Assembly (NCBI GenBank): GCA_964627095.1
Contig: CAZVKH010000005.1
Span: 16,067-75,332, forward strand
DNA from: an uncultured Candidatus Saccharibacteria bacterium
Lineage (GTDB): Bacteria > Patescibacteriota > Saccharimonadia > Saccharimonadales > JAUPVS01
Direction of reading: 5' to 3'
Length of the DNA: 59,266 bases
The notes beneath the pieces are model-generated. The model was not told where the DNA came from. It saw nothing but the letters and a program-made list of their open reading frames with translations, and made no database searches. This document shows, piece after piece, positions 26,693-35,677 of this stretch. The translations under genes and the position numbers were made by a program. Numbering within the stretch: position 1 is the first letter of the stretch; each line of letters opens with the position of its first letter.

Positions 26693-28345
26693 CTAGAAAT
26701 GCTCGCGGATGTGCGAAAAACTGTAGTCCCAAGTGGCATCGGTCTTCTTGTGCGGATTGAACAAGTTGCTCGGATCAAAGATCGTTTTGGTATCCTTGAA
26801 CAGTTCTAAAATTTTGGGCCCGTACATTTGTTTGAGCCAGGGGCCGCGCACTAAGCCGTCGTTATGCTCGCCGCTTAAAGAGCCGTGATACTTCAGGACC
26901 AGTTCGTTGACTTCGCGCATGGCCGGTGCCAGCTTGCGCCTTTCTTTAGGATCTTCTAACTTCATCAGGGGAATAACATGGAAGTTGCCATCGCCCATGT
27001 GCCCAGCCACGGTGGCCAGCAAGCCATACTTGTTAATAATCGTGCGCAGCTTAGGTAAAAACTCTGGTAGGTAAGGGGGCGGCACCACTAGGTCATCAAT
27101 AAAGGGGGCGGTGTGCTTGTCTTTGACCTTTTTGCGCAACAGGTTGAAACTTTCGCGGCGCATCACGCGGAACTTCCAGGCCTTCTCGACAGTATTATCT
27201 TCTTCGATCGCTTCTAGTTTGAAGGGCTTGAGGTCGGCGTGCATAGCTTTAATTTTTTGATCAACTTCTTCCTGCGAGGTACCAGTGAACTCAATCAGCA
27301 TAATCAGTTTGGGGATACCTTTCAAAAGAATCAGCGCATCGGGAATGAGTTGCAGGGCGAGTTTTATAAGCTTGCCCCAGCCTAGGGTTTTCCTAAAGTA
27401 GAAGAAGAATTTAATCGATAACTTGAGTGTGTAGTTGTCGAATGATTCAAAAGTGGCTGGATGGCGCGCCATAACAACGTTGATGATTTCGCCGAGTTGG
27501 TTCATGTCCTTCATAAAGCAGACCAGGACGCCACTGTAGGCCGGATTGGGTACCAGACGAAACTTGATGTCGGTCACAAAACCTAAGGTACCTTGGGCGC
27601 CCACGATCAGCTTGGTTAAGTCAAAAACGCCAGTCTCGCGATCCCAAACATCCCACAAGTTGTAGCCTGTCGAGTTCTTGCTGACCTTGGGCTTGGCTGC
27701 CTTAATGGCATCGTAATGCTTTTCGATAAGATTAAAGGTTTGTTTGTACAAACGGCCTTCAAAGTTTTTTTGAGCCATCTTGGCAACCAGTTCACGCCGG
27801 TTCAGCGGCTTAACGGTGTACTCATTGCCGTCGGCAAAAACCACCTTAAGTTCGGTTACAAAATCTTCGGTTTTACCAAACTCCAAGGATTTTTCGCCGC
27901 CTGAATTGTTATTAACCATACCGCCAACCGTACATAATTCGCGACTGGCCGGGAAACTCGGCAACAGGGCACCATGCTTAAGGGTTTGGGGTTCAAAATC
28001 ACGATAGAAAACACCCGGCTGAACCTGGGCAGTCGTAGCCGTTACCTTATGAACTTTGCGAAAGTGCTTATTAAAATCAACAATGATTGAATCATTAATG
28101 GCACCACCCGACATGTCGGTGCCGGCGCTACGGGCTGTTAATGACAGACCGGTCTGCGTTTTTTTGGCGGCCGCTACCATTTGCACCAGCTTTTGCACGT
28201 CCTGGCTGTCCTTGGGCATAACCACCGCCTGAGGTGTTAGCTCGAACATCGAGGCGTCATGGCTATAAAAATCGCGCGTCTCTTGGCTGGTATCGGTTTC
28301 GCCACTAAAGCCAGCTTGCTTCAGTTTCAGAATGAGCTCGTCCAT
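26693..28345 (-). CDS. FAD-linked oxidase (D-lactate dehydrogenase / GlcD-like)
   Basis: N-terminal FAD_binding_4-type region (VVMPKDSQDVQKLV, GTDMSGG, GGMVNNNSGGEKS) and a C-terminal FAD-oxidase domain (GSLSGEHNDGLVR). Confidence 0.85.
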   Translation of the reverse strand: MDELILKLKQAGFSGETDTSQETRDFYSHDASMFELTPQAVVMPKDSQDVQKLVQMVAAAKKTQTGLSLTARSAGTDMSGGAINDSIIVDFNKHFRKVHKVTATTAQVQPGVFYRDFEPQTLKHGALLPSFPASRELCTVGGMVNNNSGGEKSLEFGKTEDFVTELKVVFADGNEYTVKPLNRRELVAKMAQKNFEGRLYKQTFNLIEKHYDAIKAAKPKVSKNSTGYNLWDVWDRETGVFDLTKLIVGAQGTLGFVTDIKFRLVPNPAYSGVLVCFMKDMNQLGEIINVVMARHPATFESFDNYTLKLSIKFFFYFRKTLGWGKLIKLALQLIPDALILLKGIPKLIMLIEFTGTSQEEVDQKIKAMHADLKPFKLEAIEEDNTVEKAWKFRVMRRESFNLLRKKVKDKHTAPFIDDLVVPPPYLPEFLPKLRTIINKYGLLATVAGHMGDGNFHVIPLMKLEDPKERRKLAPAMREVNELVLKYHGSLSGEHNDGLVRGPWLKQMYGPKILELFKDTKTIFDPSNLFNPHKKTDATWDYSFSHIREHF

Positions 28346-28405
28346 ATACTCTTAAGCTTATCATATCGCGGTAGCTAAGTGGTTACGCTTAGTCCGGTTA
28401 TTCGC

Positions 28406-28411
28406 TATACT
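28406..28411 (+). promoter_or_regulatory. -10 box close to the ndh start
   Basis: TATACT lies 7 nt before ATG 28419. The intervening ggaagga could alternatively act as an SD. Confidence 0.4.
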
Positions 28412-28418
28412 GGAAGGA

Positions 28419-29597
28419 ATGAAAAAACAGAATGTGCTAATTGTGGGTGGTGGCTTTGGTGGTGTTAAAGCGGCCCTGAGCCTGAGCCAGGACGAGCGCT
28501 TTAAAGTTACGTTAATTTCTGACCAAGATGACTTTCGTTACTACCCAGCGCTGTACCATACTGCCACCGGGGGCGCCAGCCAGGTATCATCGATACCGTT
28601 AAGCGAGCTATTGGCTGGGCACAGGGTTACCTATCATCGGGCAAGAGCCATGCACCTCAAACGCGAGACCAAGCAATTAGTAACCAAAGGTGCCGGCACG
28701 CTAAGTTACGATAGTCTTATTTTATCGCTCGGCATGACTACCAACTACTTTGGCATCAAAGGCTTGGAAGAATATTCATTTGGCATCAAGTCGCTTGATG
28801 AGGCCGAAGAACTCAAACAGCACATCCACAACCAACTCCGTCATGATGGCACTGTCGATCAGCATTACCTGATTGTGGGCGGTGGCCCAACCGGTGTTGA
28901 ACTGGCTGGCGTACTACCGGGTTATATCAAGCAGGCTATGCACCGCCACGGGCTACCGAGGCGAGCCGTTCAGGTTGAACTGATTGAGGCTATGCCGCGC
29001 ATCATGCCGCGCATGACTAAAGACGTCTCACGGGCCACCGCCAAGCAGCTTCGCAAGTTGGGCGTTATTATTCGTACCAATCAAAAGGTTGAAGCCGAAA
29101 CAGCCGATGCCCTGATAATCAATGGCCGCCCCGTTACCAGTCATACAGTAGTTTGGACGGCCGGGGTGGCCTGTAACCGCTTCTTCCAAGATAACAACTT
29201 CGTCATGACCGAACATCACAAGGTCGAGGTCAACCAGTATCTTCAGGCCGAACCCGACATTTATGTACTGGGCGACAATGCTGACACCAAATATAGTGGT
29301 GTTGCCCAAACCGCCCTCCATGATGCCGTTACCGTTACGCATAACTTACAACGCCTGGCCAGCGGCAAGTCGCCCAAGCCATATCGTCGTCGCCAACCAA
29401 TCTATGTCACCCCGACGGGCCCGGGTTGGGCGTCAGTGGTTTACGGTAAGTTCCGAGTTTACGGCCGGGTAGGTTGGTGGCTGCGCGAAGCGGCCGACTT
29501 CGTGGCCTATCATGACTATCAGCCCTGGTGGCCAGCCGTCCAGCGCTGGCGAGCCCTGCGTGACACTCAGGAATCTTGTCCGCTTTGCGGCCAATAA
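28419..29597 (+). CDS. ndh: Type II NADH dehydrogenase (NDH-2)
   Basis: Two dinucleotide-binding motifs, VLIVGGGFGGV and LIVGGGPTGVE; 392 aa. Confidence 0.9.
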   Translation: MKKQNVLIVGGGFGGVKAALSLSQDERFKVTLISDQDDFRYYPALYHTATGGASQVSSIPLSELLAGHRVTYHRARAMHLKRETKQLVTKGAGTLSYDSLILSLGMTTNYFGIKGLEEYSFGIKSLDEAEELKQHIHNQLRHDGTVDQHYLIVGGGPTGVELAGVLPGYIKQAMHRHGLPRRAVQVELIEAMPRIMPRMTKDVSRATAKQLRKLGVIIRTNQKVEAETADALIINGRPVTSHTVVWTAGVACNRFFQDNNFVMTEHHKVEVNQYLQAEPDIYVLGDNADTKYSGVAQTALHDAVTVTHNLQRLASGKSPKPYRRRQPIYVTPTGPGWASVVYGKFRVYGRVGWWLREAADFVAYHDYQPWWPAVQRWRALRDTQESCPLCGQ

Positions 29598-29601
29598 CCG
29601 T

Positions 29602-29607
29602 TACAAT
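29602..29607 (+). promoter_or_regulatory. -10 box positioned for a leaderless mRNA (GTG start)
   Basis: TACAAT lies 6 nt before GTG 29614, just after the ndh stop. Confidence 0.5.
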
Positions 29608-29613
29608 GTAGTA

Positions 29614-30222
29614 GTGAACAAAACCGCCGTTAAACCCTTCAGCCAAGATCTGGAAGACTGGCTACACAGCCGTCACCCCAAAACTATCGCCGGACTGGTC
29701 CAGGCAGCCGGCGAAAAAAGCTTTGCCTTAATCTTTGTGGTGCTGATGTGTATTCCAGCCCTACCGTTGCCAACCGGTGGTGTTACTCATATCTTCGAAG
29801 CCATCGTGCTCCTGTTAGCACTAGAACTAGTTATTGGTCGCCGTACTATCTGGCTGCCACAAAAATGGCTACACAAACCGTTAGGCAAGACCATCCAAAA
29901 ACGCACCTTGCCATATCTGATCAAAAAAGTCCGCTGGCTCGAAAAATACTCACGGCCGCGCTTTGGCCACATTATGACTAACCGAGAGTTCTTGCGACTG
30001 ACAGGACTGCTAGTTATGGCCGGCACCCTGGGCGCCTTTTTCGCACCACCATTTTCTGGTCTCGATACCTTGCCGGCCTTGGGTGTGGTTAGCCTGTCGT
30101 TGGGCGTAATTCTTGAAGACACCCTGGTTTACGTGGCTGGCATTATTATTGGGGCATTTGGTATATTTTTAGAAATTGGTCTGGGCGCCATAATTGTCGA
30201 AGCGGCCCAGAAACTATTCTAG
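29614..30222 (+). CDS. ExoD-family membrane protein
   Basis: FALIFVVLMCIPALPLPTGGVTHIFEAIVLLLALELVIGRRTIWLPQKW matches the ExoD pattern. I place the start at GTG 29614 because the ORF-track start at 29512 overlaps ndh. Confidence 0.68.
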   Translation: MNKTAVKPFSQDLEDWLHSRHPKTIAGLVQAAGEKSFALIFVVLMCIPALPLPTGGVTHIFEAIVLLLALELVIGRRTIWLPQKWLHKPLGKTIQKRTLPYLIKKVRWLEKYSRPRFGHIMTNREFLRLTGLLVMAGTLGAFFAPPFSGLDTLPALGVVSLSLGVILEDTLVYVAGIIIGAFGIFLEIGLGAIIVEAAQKLF

Positions 30223-31443
30223 CTATTCGTGCCTGAGTGATTCGATTGGATCCTTGCGGGCGGCCTGAATGGCTGGCGCGACCCCAAAGACAACTCCCAG
30301 TAGCCAAGCTGCCAGCGGCGTAATCACCACCACTTGCCAGCTAACGACAGGGAATAGGTTTGTGCTCACCCGAATCAGAAAGATGCAGGCTAGGGCGATC
30401 ATAATACCAATCAATCCACCCATGCCAGCCAGGGTAGCTGATTCGACTAAGAACTGATTAAGAATCTGGCGGTTGCTGGCGCCAATGGCTTTGCGAACAC
30501 CAATTTCGCGCGTCCGTTCGGTCACCGATACCAGCATGATATTGGCGATTCCAATTCCACCTACTAGTAGCGAAAGAGCCGCTAAACCAATAATCAGCTG
30601 CGTCACCAAATCAACACTACCGGCACTACTAGCCAAGTCCTGTTGCCGGGTAAGCACCACAAAGTCCTGCTGGCCAGAATGAGCAGTCTTGAGGTTGTTG
30701 GTTAGATTTCGGCTGGCCTGAGCCGGCGTAGTATCGCTGTTGACGCGGGCAAAGACTTGAGCAATTGGCAAGGTTCCATTGTTCAGACTGGCGGCTATCG
30801 GGACGGGTATAAAAACGGCTCGGTTTAGATCCACGCCGAGTGACAACGGGTTACCTTCAAAGCCTTCAAACACTCCCCGCACAATAAAGTCTTGACCGCG
30901 GATTGTTAGCGTCCGGCCAATTGGGGCGTTCTCTTGGAACAAGTCTTCGGCCACGCGCTGACCAATCACCACCACATTACTATTAAGTTCCTGTTCATTA
31001 AAGAAGATGCCGAACTCAATTTTGTGATGCAACATAGCCGGCAGACCATCGGTGGTCGCGATAACACTACTAGCTTCCAGTCGCTTGCCATCAACGGTAG
31101 CAAAACCACTACCCACGCCCAAGGGAACAGCCGTCTGAATGCCTTCGGTCTGACGGGCAACATCCCAATCGGCCTGGTTGAGCGGGCTGGCTCCCAAGCC
31201 AGAAAAAGCACCGCCGGCCGATAAATAATTGGTCGCCGTACCAGTGCCAGCCGGTCTGATTGTCACAACATTATTGCCCAACTTATTGAGCTGATCGCTT
31301 AACTGCTGCTTGACACCGGCACCAACACTGATCGTCACCGTGACAGCAACCACACCTACCATAATGCCGAACATCGTCAGTAAACTACGCCCGCGCGAAC
31401 GTCGCAACGAACTAAGCGCCATCCTAAAGTTGCCGCTACTCAT
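30223..31443 (-). CDS. ABC transporter permease, MacB/FtsX family
   Basis: 406 aa. N-terminal TM helix (SLLTMFGIMVGVVAVTV), a large extracytoplasmic domain and a C-terminal FtsX 3-TM bundle (ERTREIGVRKAIGA). Confidence 0.9.
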   Translation of the reverse strand: MSSGNFRMALSSLRRSRGRSLLTMFGIMVGVVAVTVTISVGAGVKQQLSDQLNKLGNNVVTIRPAGTGTATNYLSAGGAFSGLGASPLNQADWDVARQTEGIQTAVPLGVGSGFATVDGKRLEASSVIATTDGLPAMLHHKIEFGIFFNEQELNSNVVVIGQRVAEDLFQENAPIGRTLTIRGQDFIVRGVFEGFEGNPLSLGVDLNRAVFIPVPIAASLNNGTLPIAQVFARVNSDTTPAQASRNLTNNLKTAHSGQQDFVVLTRQQDLASSAGSVDLVTQLIIGLAALSLLVGGIGIANIMLVSVTERTREIGVRKAIGASNRQILNQFLVESATLAGMGGLIGIMIALACIFLIRVSTNLFPVVSWQVVVITPLAAWLLGVVFGVAPAIQAARKDPIESLRHE

Positions 31444-32297
31444 GATTTCTTGCTCCGTTTGGTAGACCGTTTACGACGCTTGGTCTTAGGGGCTGGTTTG
31501 TCCTTAGTAGGAACGGCCTTCATTAGAGCCGTCACCCCAGCTAAGTCATCTTCTTCACTAGTCTTGTTGGGCACACTATAAATCAGGCGCCGGGCGCGGG
31601 CCGGCACTTTACCAACTTCTTTAACCTCATCGTGGACAATGGCACCGTCCTGCATGTAGACCACGCGATTGGCATAGCGAGTCAGTTCGGGGTTATGTGT
31701 CACCATCAAAATAGTATGGCCGGTACTATGAACTTCGCTTAGTAACTCCATCACCAAGCGGCTAGCAGCACTATCAAGGTTACCAGTTGGCTCGTCGGCA
31801 ATTACAATGTCGGGGTTGGCAATTAGAGCGCGAGCAATTGCCACTTGCTGAGTCTGACCACCACTAAGTTGGTGTGGTTGATAATACTCCCGATCCTGTA
31901 GACCCACCCGCTCCAGTAGAACACTGGCCTGCTTAAGTCGGCGACTAACCGAAACATTTCGATAGGCTAGCGGCAGGGCGACATTCTCGATGGCCGACAG
32001 GCGGGGAATTAAGTTAAAGGACTGAAAGATGAAACCAATTTTGTCGCGCCTAACCTTGGAACGCTGGTTGGGTCGGAGCCGCGCCACCGAACGGCCGTTC
32101 AAGGTGTATTGACCATGAGTGGGCCGATCTAATAACCCGATCAAGTTCATTAAAGTAGATTTACCCGAGCCACTAGGACCCATCACCGCCACGAACTCAC
32201 CGCGCTCTACGCTTAAATTAACTTCGTCGAGGGCCACGGTAGTGGCATCGCCGAAGCCGTACAGTTTACTGACGTCTTTTAGCTCAATAATAGGCAT
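31440..32297 (-). CDS. ABC transporter ATP-binding protein (MacB-type) with basic C-terminal tail
   Basis: Walker [10 protein letters not shown], signature LSGGQTQQ and Walker B VIADEPT. The ~55-aa tail ends KDKPAPKTKRRKRSTKRSKKS. Confidence 0.93.
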   Translation of the reverse strand: MPIIELKDVSKLYGFGDATTVALDEVNLSVERGEFVAVMGPSGSGKSTLMNLIGLLDRPTHGQYTLNGRSVARLRPNQRSKVRRDKIGFIFQSFNLIPRLSAIENVALPLAYRNVSVSRRLKQASVLLERVGLQDREYYQPHQLSGGQTQQVAIARALIANPDIVIADEPTGNLDSAASRLVMELLSEVHSTGHTILMVTHNPELTRYANRVVYMQDGAIVHDEVKEVGKVPARARRLIYSVPNKTSEEDDLAGVTALMKAVPTKDKPAPKTKRRKRSTKRSKKS

Positions 32298-32376
32298 GTA
32301 ACCCTTAGTTTACGCTGTTTTTTGCAGTTTCATCAAGTATAATGGCTAAAGTTCGCTCCCGGTAGTGAATTTTCCT

Positions 32377-32467
32377 GGAGAGGTGGCCGAGCTGGTTTAA
32401 GGCGCACGCCTGGAAAGTGTGTTGGGCCGCAAGGTCCTCGCAGGTTCGAATCCTGTCCTCTCCGCCA
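32377..32467 (+). tRNA. tRNA-Ser (anticodon GGA), CCA encoded
   Basis: Hand-folded cloverleaf. Acceptor GGAGAGG/CCTCTCC, anticodon stem CACGC/GTGTG with loop CTGGAAA, long variable arm, and T-arm CAGGTTCGAATCCTG. Confidence 0.93.
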
Positions 32468-32472
32468 ACAAG

Positions 32473-32503
32473 AAAATGTATCGCCACGGTGATACATTTT
32501 TTT
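32473..32503 (+). terminator. Intrinsic terminator after tRNA-Ser
   Basis: Hairpin ATGTATC-gccacggt-GATACAT followed by a run of 7 T. Confidence 0.8.
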
Positions 32504-32555
32504 GTTTCACAGGGAAGGGCGGGAGCCGCGCCGGCGGCGATATCCTGTCTTCTGC

Positions 32556-32561
32556 TATTCT
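32556..32561 (+). promoter_or_regulatory. Extended -10 box positioned for a leaderless mRNA
   Basis: TGcTATTCT lies 7 nt before ATG 32569. Confidence 0.5.
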
Positions 32562-32568
32562 GTAACTA

Positions 32569-32988
32569 ATGGACTACAAACTTGCTTTAGTGATTGTTGC
32601 CATCATAACAATAGTTTTGCCGCTTCTGACAGGCAAATACCTCTACCGAGGCGCACTTAAAAAAATATCCTACGGCCTTGCGGTTGCAGCGATTTTTTGT
32701 GGCTTTATATTTGTTAGTGAAAGCCTCACGACTGTAGCTACATTCAAAAAAACCTGCCAGAGCCTATCTGGCTATACCTACGCCGGTAATTTTGTAGATT
32801 ATAAAACTCTGACCTGCTGGGGGCCTGGCGAAAATGATACTGTCTATCTATATGAAACTGAGGGCGTGGTATCAAAAATAATCACAATTCCGGCCTATCT
32901 AATCTTCCTGACCTGCCTGTTCAACCCATTATTAGCCTTAGCAGTAATTACCAAGCGACGTCTAGCCAATCGCAAACGAGCCAAATAG
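32569..32988 (+). CDS. Hypothetical polytopic membrane protein (139 aa)
   Basis: Three to four hydrophobic helices. The 3' end overlaps the convergent NRAMP gene by 27 nt. Confidence 0.5.
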   Translation: MDYKLALVIVAIITIVLPLLTGKYLYRGALKKISYGLAVAAIFCGFIFVSESLTTVATFKKTCQSLSGYTYAGNFVDYKTLTCWGPGENDTVYLYETEGVVSKIITIPAYLIFLTCLFNPLLALAVITKRRLANRKRAK

Positions 32989-34362
32989 CAGCAGCACGGC
33001 GGCCGTCATAATCAAAAAGGCCAGCTTAACAAATAAGTTTGATACCCAGCCGTTGCGGTAGGGGCCCATGACCTTGCGATTGTTGCCAACTTTTATAATC
33101 ATAAAAAGTAGGGGTACGGCGGCGATGCCGTTAAACACAGCTGTGAACACCAAGGCTTTAATGGGGTCAATGCCAAGAAAGTTAATAGCCAGACCGGCCA
33201 GGGTAGCCAAGATGATCACGGCATAAAAACCAACGGCGCGCTTAACCTTTTGGTGCAAGCCTTCTTTCCAGCCAATCGCTTCGCTAATCGCGTAAGACGA
33301 TGACCCCGCCAGAACCGGCACCGCTAACAAGCCGATGCCAATAATTCCAATCGAAAATATCGCCTTGGCAACCAGGCCAGCGTTAGGGAAGCCCTGGACC
33401 AGCGGTTCCAGGGCCCGAGCCGCATCAGCCGCCGTGTCAATCTGGGTGATACCGTTGTTATATAAGGTTGAGGCGCAGGCGATAACTATAAACCAGGCGG
33501 TGACGCTAGCCAGGGTCATACCGACAAAGTTATCAAGCCTCATGTTGTGCAAGAACTTCTTGGTGGCCTTGGGCACTTCGCCAATCTTGGACATATTCTT
33601 CTGTGCTACTTCTTGCTCAACAACCTCCGATGTATCCCAAAAAAACAGATAGGGCGATATAGTTGTCCCGAGCATACCAACAAACAAGAACATGGTATCA
33701 GCATTAATTTGCGGTGTTAGCGTAAAGGTATTGCGAAATACCGCCGGCCAATCCTGACCCACCAGAAAGGCGGTAATCGGGTAGGCAAATAAAGATAGCG
33801 CCAGCCACTTGAGCATCCTGGCATAAGACTTGTAGCTAACAAATACCACCAGAAATACAATCAAGGCGGCGTAGAAAACAGCCAGCAGGGCATATGGCAA
33901 ATCTATAAATAACTGGGTCGTGGCCGCCATGGCGCCCAAGTCAGCCCCAATATTGATGGTATTGGCGAATACTACCAAGCCGACCGACATATACAGAAGA
34001 GGCCGACCGTAATGCTGCTTAATAACTGCTGCCAAGCCTTTGCCGCTAATGGCTCCAATCCGGGCACAACTTTCTTGTACTGCTAAAAGTAGGGGATACA
34101 TAATTGGAAAGGCCCACAGCAAGCCGTAACCAAATTGAGCACCAGCTTGCGAGTAGGTGGCAATACCTGAAGGATCATCGTCGGCGGCGCCGGTCACCAA
34201 GCCTGGCCCCAACACCCGCAAGAAGCGGTTAAAACGACGGTGAACCACGATCGCCTTAACCACAGCATAGGCGTGTCGTTCGGACTTATTAAGCCGTCGA
34301 CGCAATTGTTTTTCGGTTTTTATAAATCGATTATTACGCATATGTTTATATGCATAATACAA
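32962..34362 (-). CDS. mntH: NRAMP-family divalent metal transporter
   Basis: Signature GAADDDPSGIATYSQAGAQFGY and a polytopic layout. The start is uncertain: TTG 34362 or ATG 34341. Confidence 0.86.
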   Translation of the reverse strand: MYYAYKHMRNNRFIKTEKQLRRRLNKSERHAYAVVKAIVVHRRFNRFLRVLGPGLVTGAADDDPSGIATYSQAGAQFGYGLLWAFPIMYPLLLAVQESCARIGAISGKGLAAVIKQHYGRPLLYMSVGLVVFANTINIGADLGAMAATTQLFIDLPYALLAVFYAALIVFLVVFVSYKSYARMLKWLALSLFAYPITAFLVGQDWPAVFRNTFTLTPQINADTMFLFVGMLGTTISPYLFFWDTSEVVEQEVAQKNMSKIGEVPKATKKFLHNMRLDNFVGMTLASVTAWFIVIACASTLYNNGITQIDTAADAARALEPLVQGFPNAGLVAKAIFSIGIIGIGLLAVPVLAGSSSYAISEAIGWKEGLHQKVKRAVGFYAVIILATLAGLAINFLGIDPIKALVFTAVFNGIAAVPLLFMIIKVGNNRKVMGPYRNGWVSNLFVKLAFLIMTAAVLLLFGSFAIG

Positions 34363-34385
34363 CTAATTGCGTCCTGAGCTACAGT

Positions 34386-35099
34386 CTAACTAATTGTAGT
34401 ACCGATGTCTTGGCCTTCGACGACCTTTAGAAGCTTACCGGCTTCCATGGCATCAAACACGATAATCGGCATTTTATACTCCATCGCCAGACCCATAGCA
34501 GCTTTGTCCATAACAGCGATATCGGCATTTTCAACAGCAGACTGAAAGGAAACCTTGTCGTGTTTAATCGCATCTTTGTGCTTAGCTGGATCCTTATCGT
34601 AAACACCGTCAACTTTGGTGGCCTTGAGAACGGCCTGGCAGTCCAGCTCGAGCGCCAAAGACACGGCAGCCGTATCAGTAGTTAGATAGGGCCGACCGAT
34701 GCCCCCAGCCGCAATCACAACCCGACCACTTTCCAGGTGTTTTTGAGCTAATCGGTGTACGAAAGGCTCTGCCACCTGTTCAGCAAAGATATTACTTAAA
34801 CAACGTGTTTCGATGCCATTCGACTCAAAAATATCAGTTAGACCAAGGGCATTAATTAAGGTTGCCAGCATTCCCATATGATCGCCGGTCACTCGCTTGA
34901 TCCCATGGCCAGCAATCTGGGCACCGCGCACAAAGTTACCGCCGCCGACCATGATAACCACTTGGCCACCAGCATCAGTCACTTTCTTTACTTCTTCGGC
35001 CAACCAAGCGCACAGCGCTGGGTCAATACCACTATCAAATTTTCCGGCCAGCTGCTCACCAGACAGCTTTAGTAGTACTCGTTGGTATTTCAGGCTCAT
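34386..35099 (-). CDS. pyrH: UMP kinase
   Basis: YQRVLLKLSGE and VGGGNFVRG motifs. I prefer ATG 35099 because TGcTACAGT lies 8 nt upstream. Confidence 0.92.
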   Translation of the reverse strand: MSLKYQRVLLKLSGEQLAGKFDSGIDPALCAWLAEEVKKVTDAGGQVVIMVGGGNFVRGAQIAGHGIKRVTGDHMGMLATLINALGLTDIFESNGIETRCLSNIFAEQVAEPFVHRLAQKHLESGRVVIAAGGIGRPYLTTDTAAVSLALELDCQAVLKATKVDGVYDKDPAKHKDAIKHDKVSFQSAVENADIAVMDKAAMGLAMEYKMPIIVFDAMEAGKLLKVVEGQDIGTTIS

Positions 35100-35107
35100 T
35101 GCCGCTA

Positions 35108-35113
35108 ACTGTA
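35108..35113 (-). promoter_or_regulatory. Extended -10 box positioned for a leaderless pyrH mRNA
   Basis: The minus strand reads TGcTACAGT-tagcggca-ATG (35099). Confidence 0.5.
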
Positions 35114-35185
35114 GCATAAATACTACCTGCTCGCCAACATTATTAAATACCTATTAACTTCTTTGGAACCCCCAAAACAGACTGC

Positions 35186-35191
35186 TACAAT
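35186..35191 (+). promoter_or_regulatory. Extended -10 box positioned for a leaderless mRNA
   Basis: TGcTACAAT lies 6 nt before ATG 35198. Confidence 0.55.
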
Positions 35192-35197
35192 GCCAGT

Positions 35198-35647
35198 ATG
35201 AAAGAAGACGCCATCCTAACAATACTTACGAAAATCCAAGCTGACATAGCCACACTGAAGGAGGACGTTGCCGGACTTAAAACCGATGTGGCAGAGTTGA
35301 AGGTAGACGTCTCGGAACTAAAGTCGGATGTGGCTCAGCTTAAGGCAGACGTCTCAGAACTAAAGACGGACGTTGCGGAACTAAAGACTGATGTTGCTCA
35401 GCTGAAAACGGACGTTGCGGAACTAAAGACTGATGTGGTGGAGCTGAAGACCGATACCACACTCCTAAAAGATGACTTGACGGTTGTCAGCTCGCAGACA
35501 GCGCGGATGCCAGAAATCGAAGCCGCTATAGTAGAACTTAGAAACGAGGTTGGTCTTATAAGGACAGTTCTTCAGACTAACAACCTGGAGATTCGCCGCC
35601 ATGATCAGTTTATTGGAAGGCTCCGCAAAGCTGTTATTGCCCGCTAA
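35198..35647 (+). CDS. Coiled-coil protein with 11 near-perfect heptads (LKxDVxE)
   Basis: 149 aa. Residues 16-94 read ...LKEDVAGLKTDVAELKVDVSELKSDVAQLKADVSELKTDVAELKTDVAQLKTDVAELKTDVVELKTDTTLLKDDL. There is no TM helix or signal peptide. Confidence 0.7.
   Translation: MKEDAILTILTKIQADIATLKEDVAGLKTDVAELKVDVSELKSDVAQLKADVSELKTDVAELKTDVAQLKTDVAELKTDVVELKTDTTLLKDDLTVVSSQTARMPEIEAAIVELRNEVGLIRTVLQTNNLEIRRHDQFIGRLRKAVIAR
35243..35479 (+). repeat. Tandem 21-bp coding repeat (about 11 units)
   Basis: Units such as gacgttgcggaactaaagact and gatgttgctcagctgaaaacg repeat in frame. Two consecutive 42-bp blocks are nearly identical (about 35372-35455). Confidence 0.8.
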
Positions 35648-35665
35648 GCCGCTCCGACCAACTGC

Positions 35666-35671
35666 TATACT
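35666..35671 (+). promoter_or_regulatory. Extended -10 box positioned for a leaderless xth mRNA
   Basis: TGcTATACT lies 6 nt before ATG 35678. Confidence 0.55.
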
Positions 35672-35677
35672 ATCTTT

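Noticed and set aside
32305-32487. 60-aa minus-strand ORF.
   Set aside because: It is antisense to, and almost entirely covered by, tRNA-Ser(GGA) and its flanks.
32510-32545. Short GC-rich patch (gggaagggcgggagccgcgccggcggcg) between the tRNA-Ser terminator and the next gene.
   Set aside because: Only a 4-bp CCGC/GCGG hairpin can form and I recognise no motif. It is probably just spacer upstream of the TGcTATTCT promoter. I noted it only because it contrasts with the AT-rich intergenic norm.
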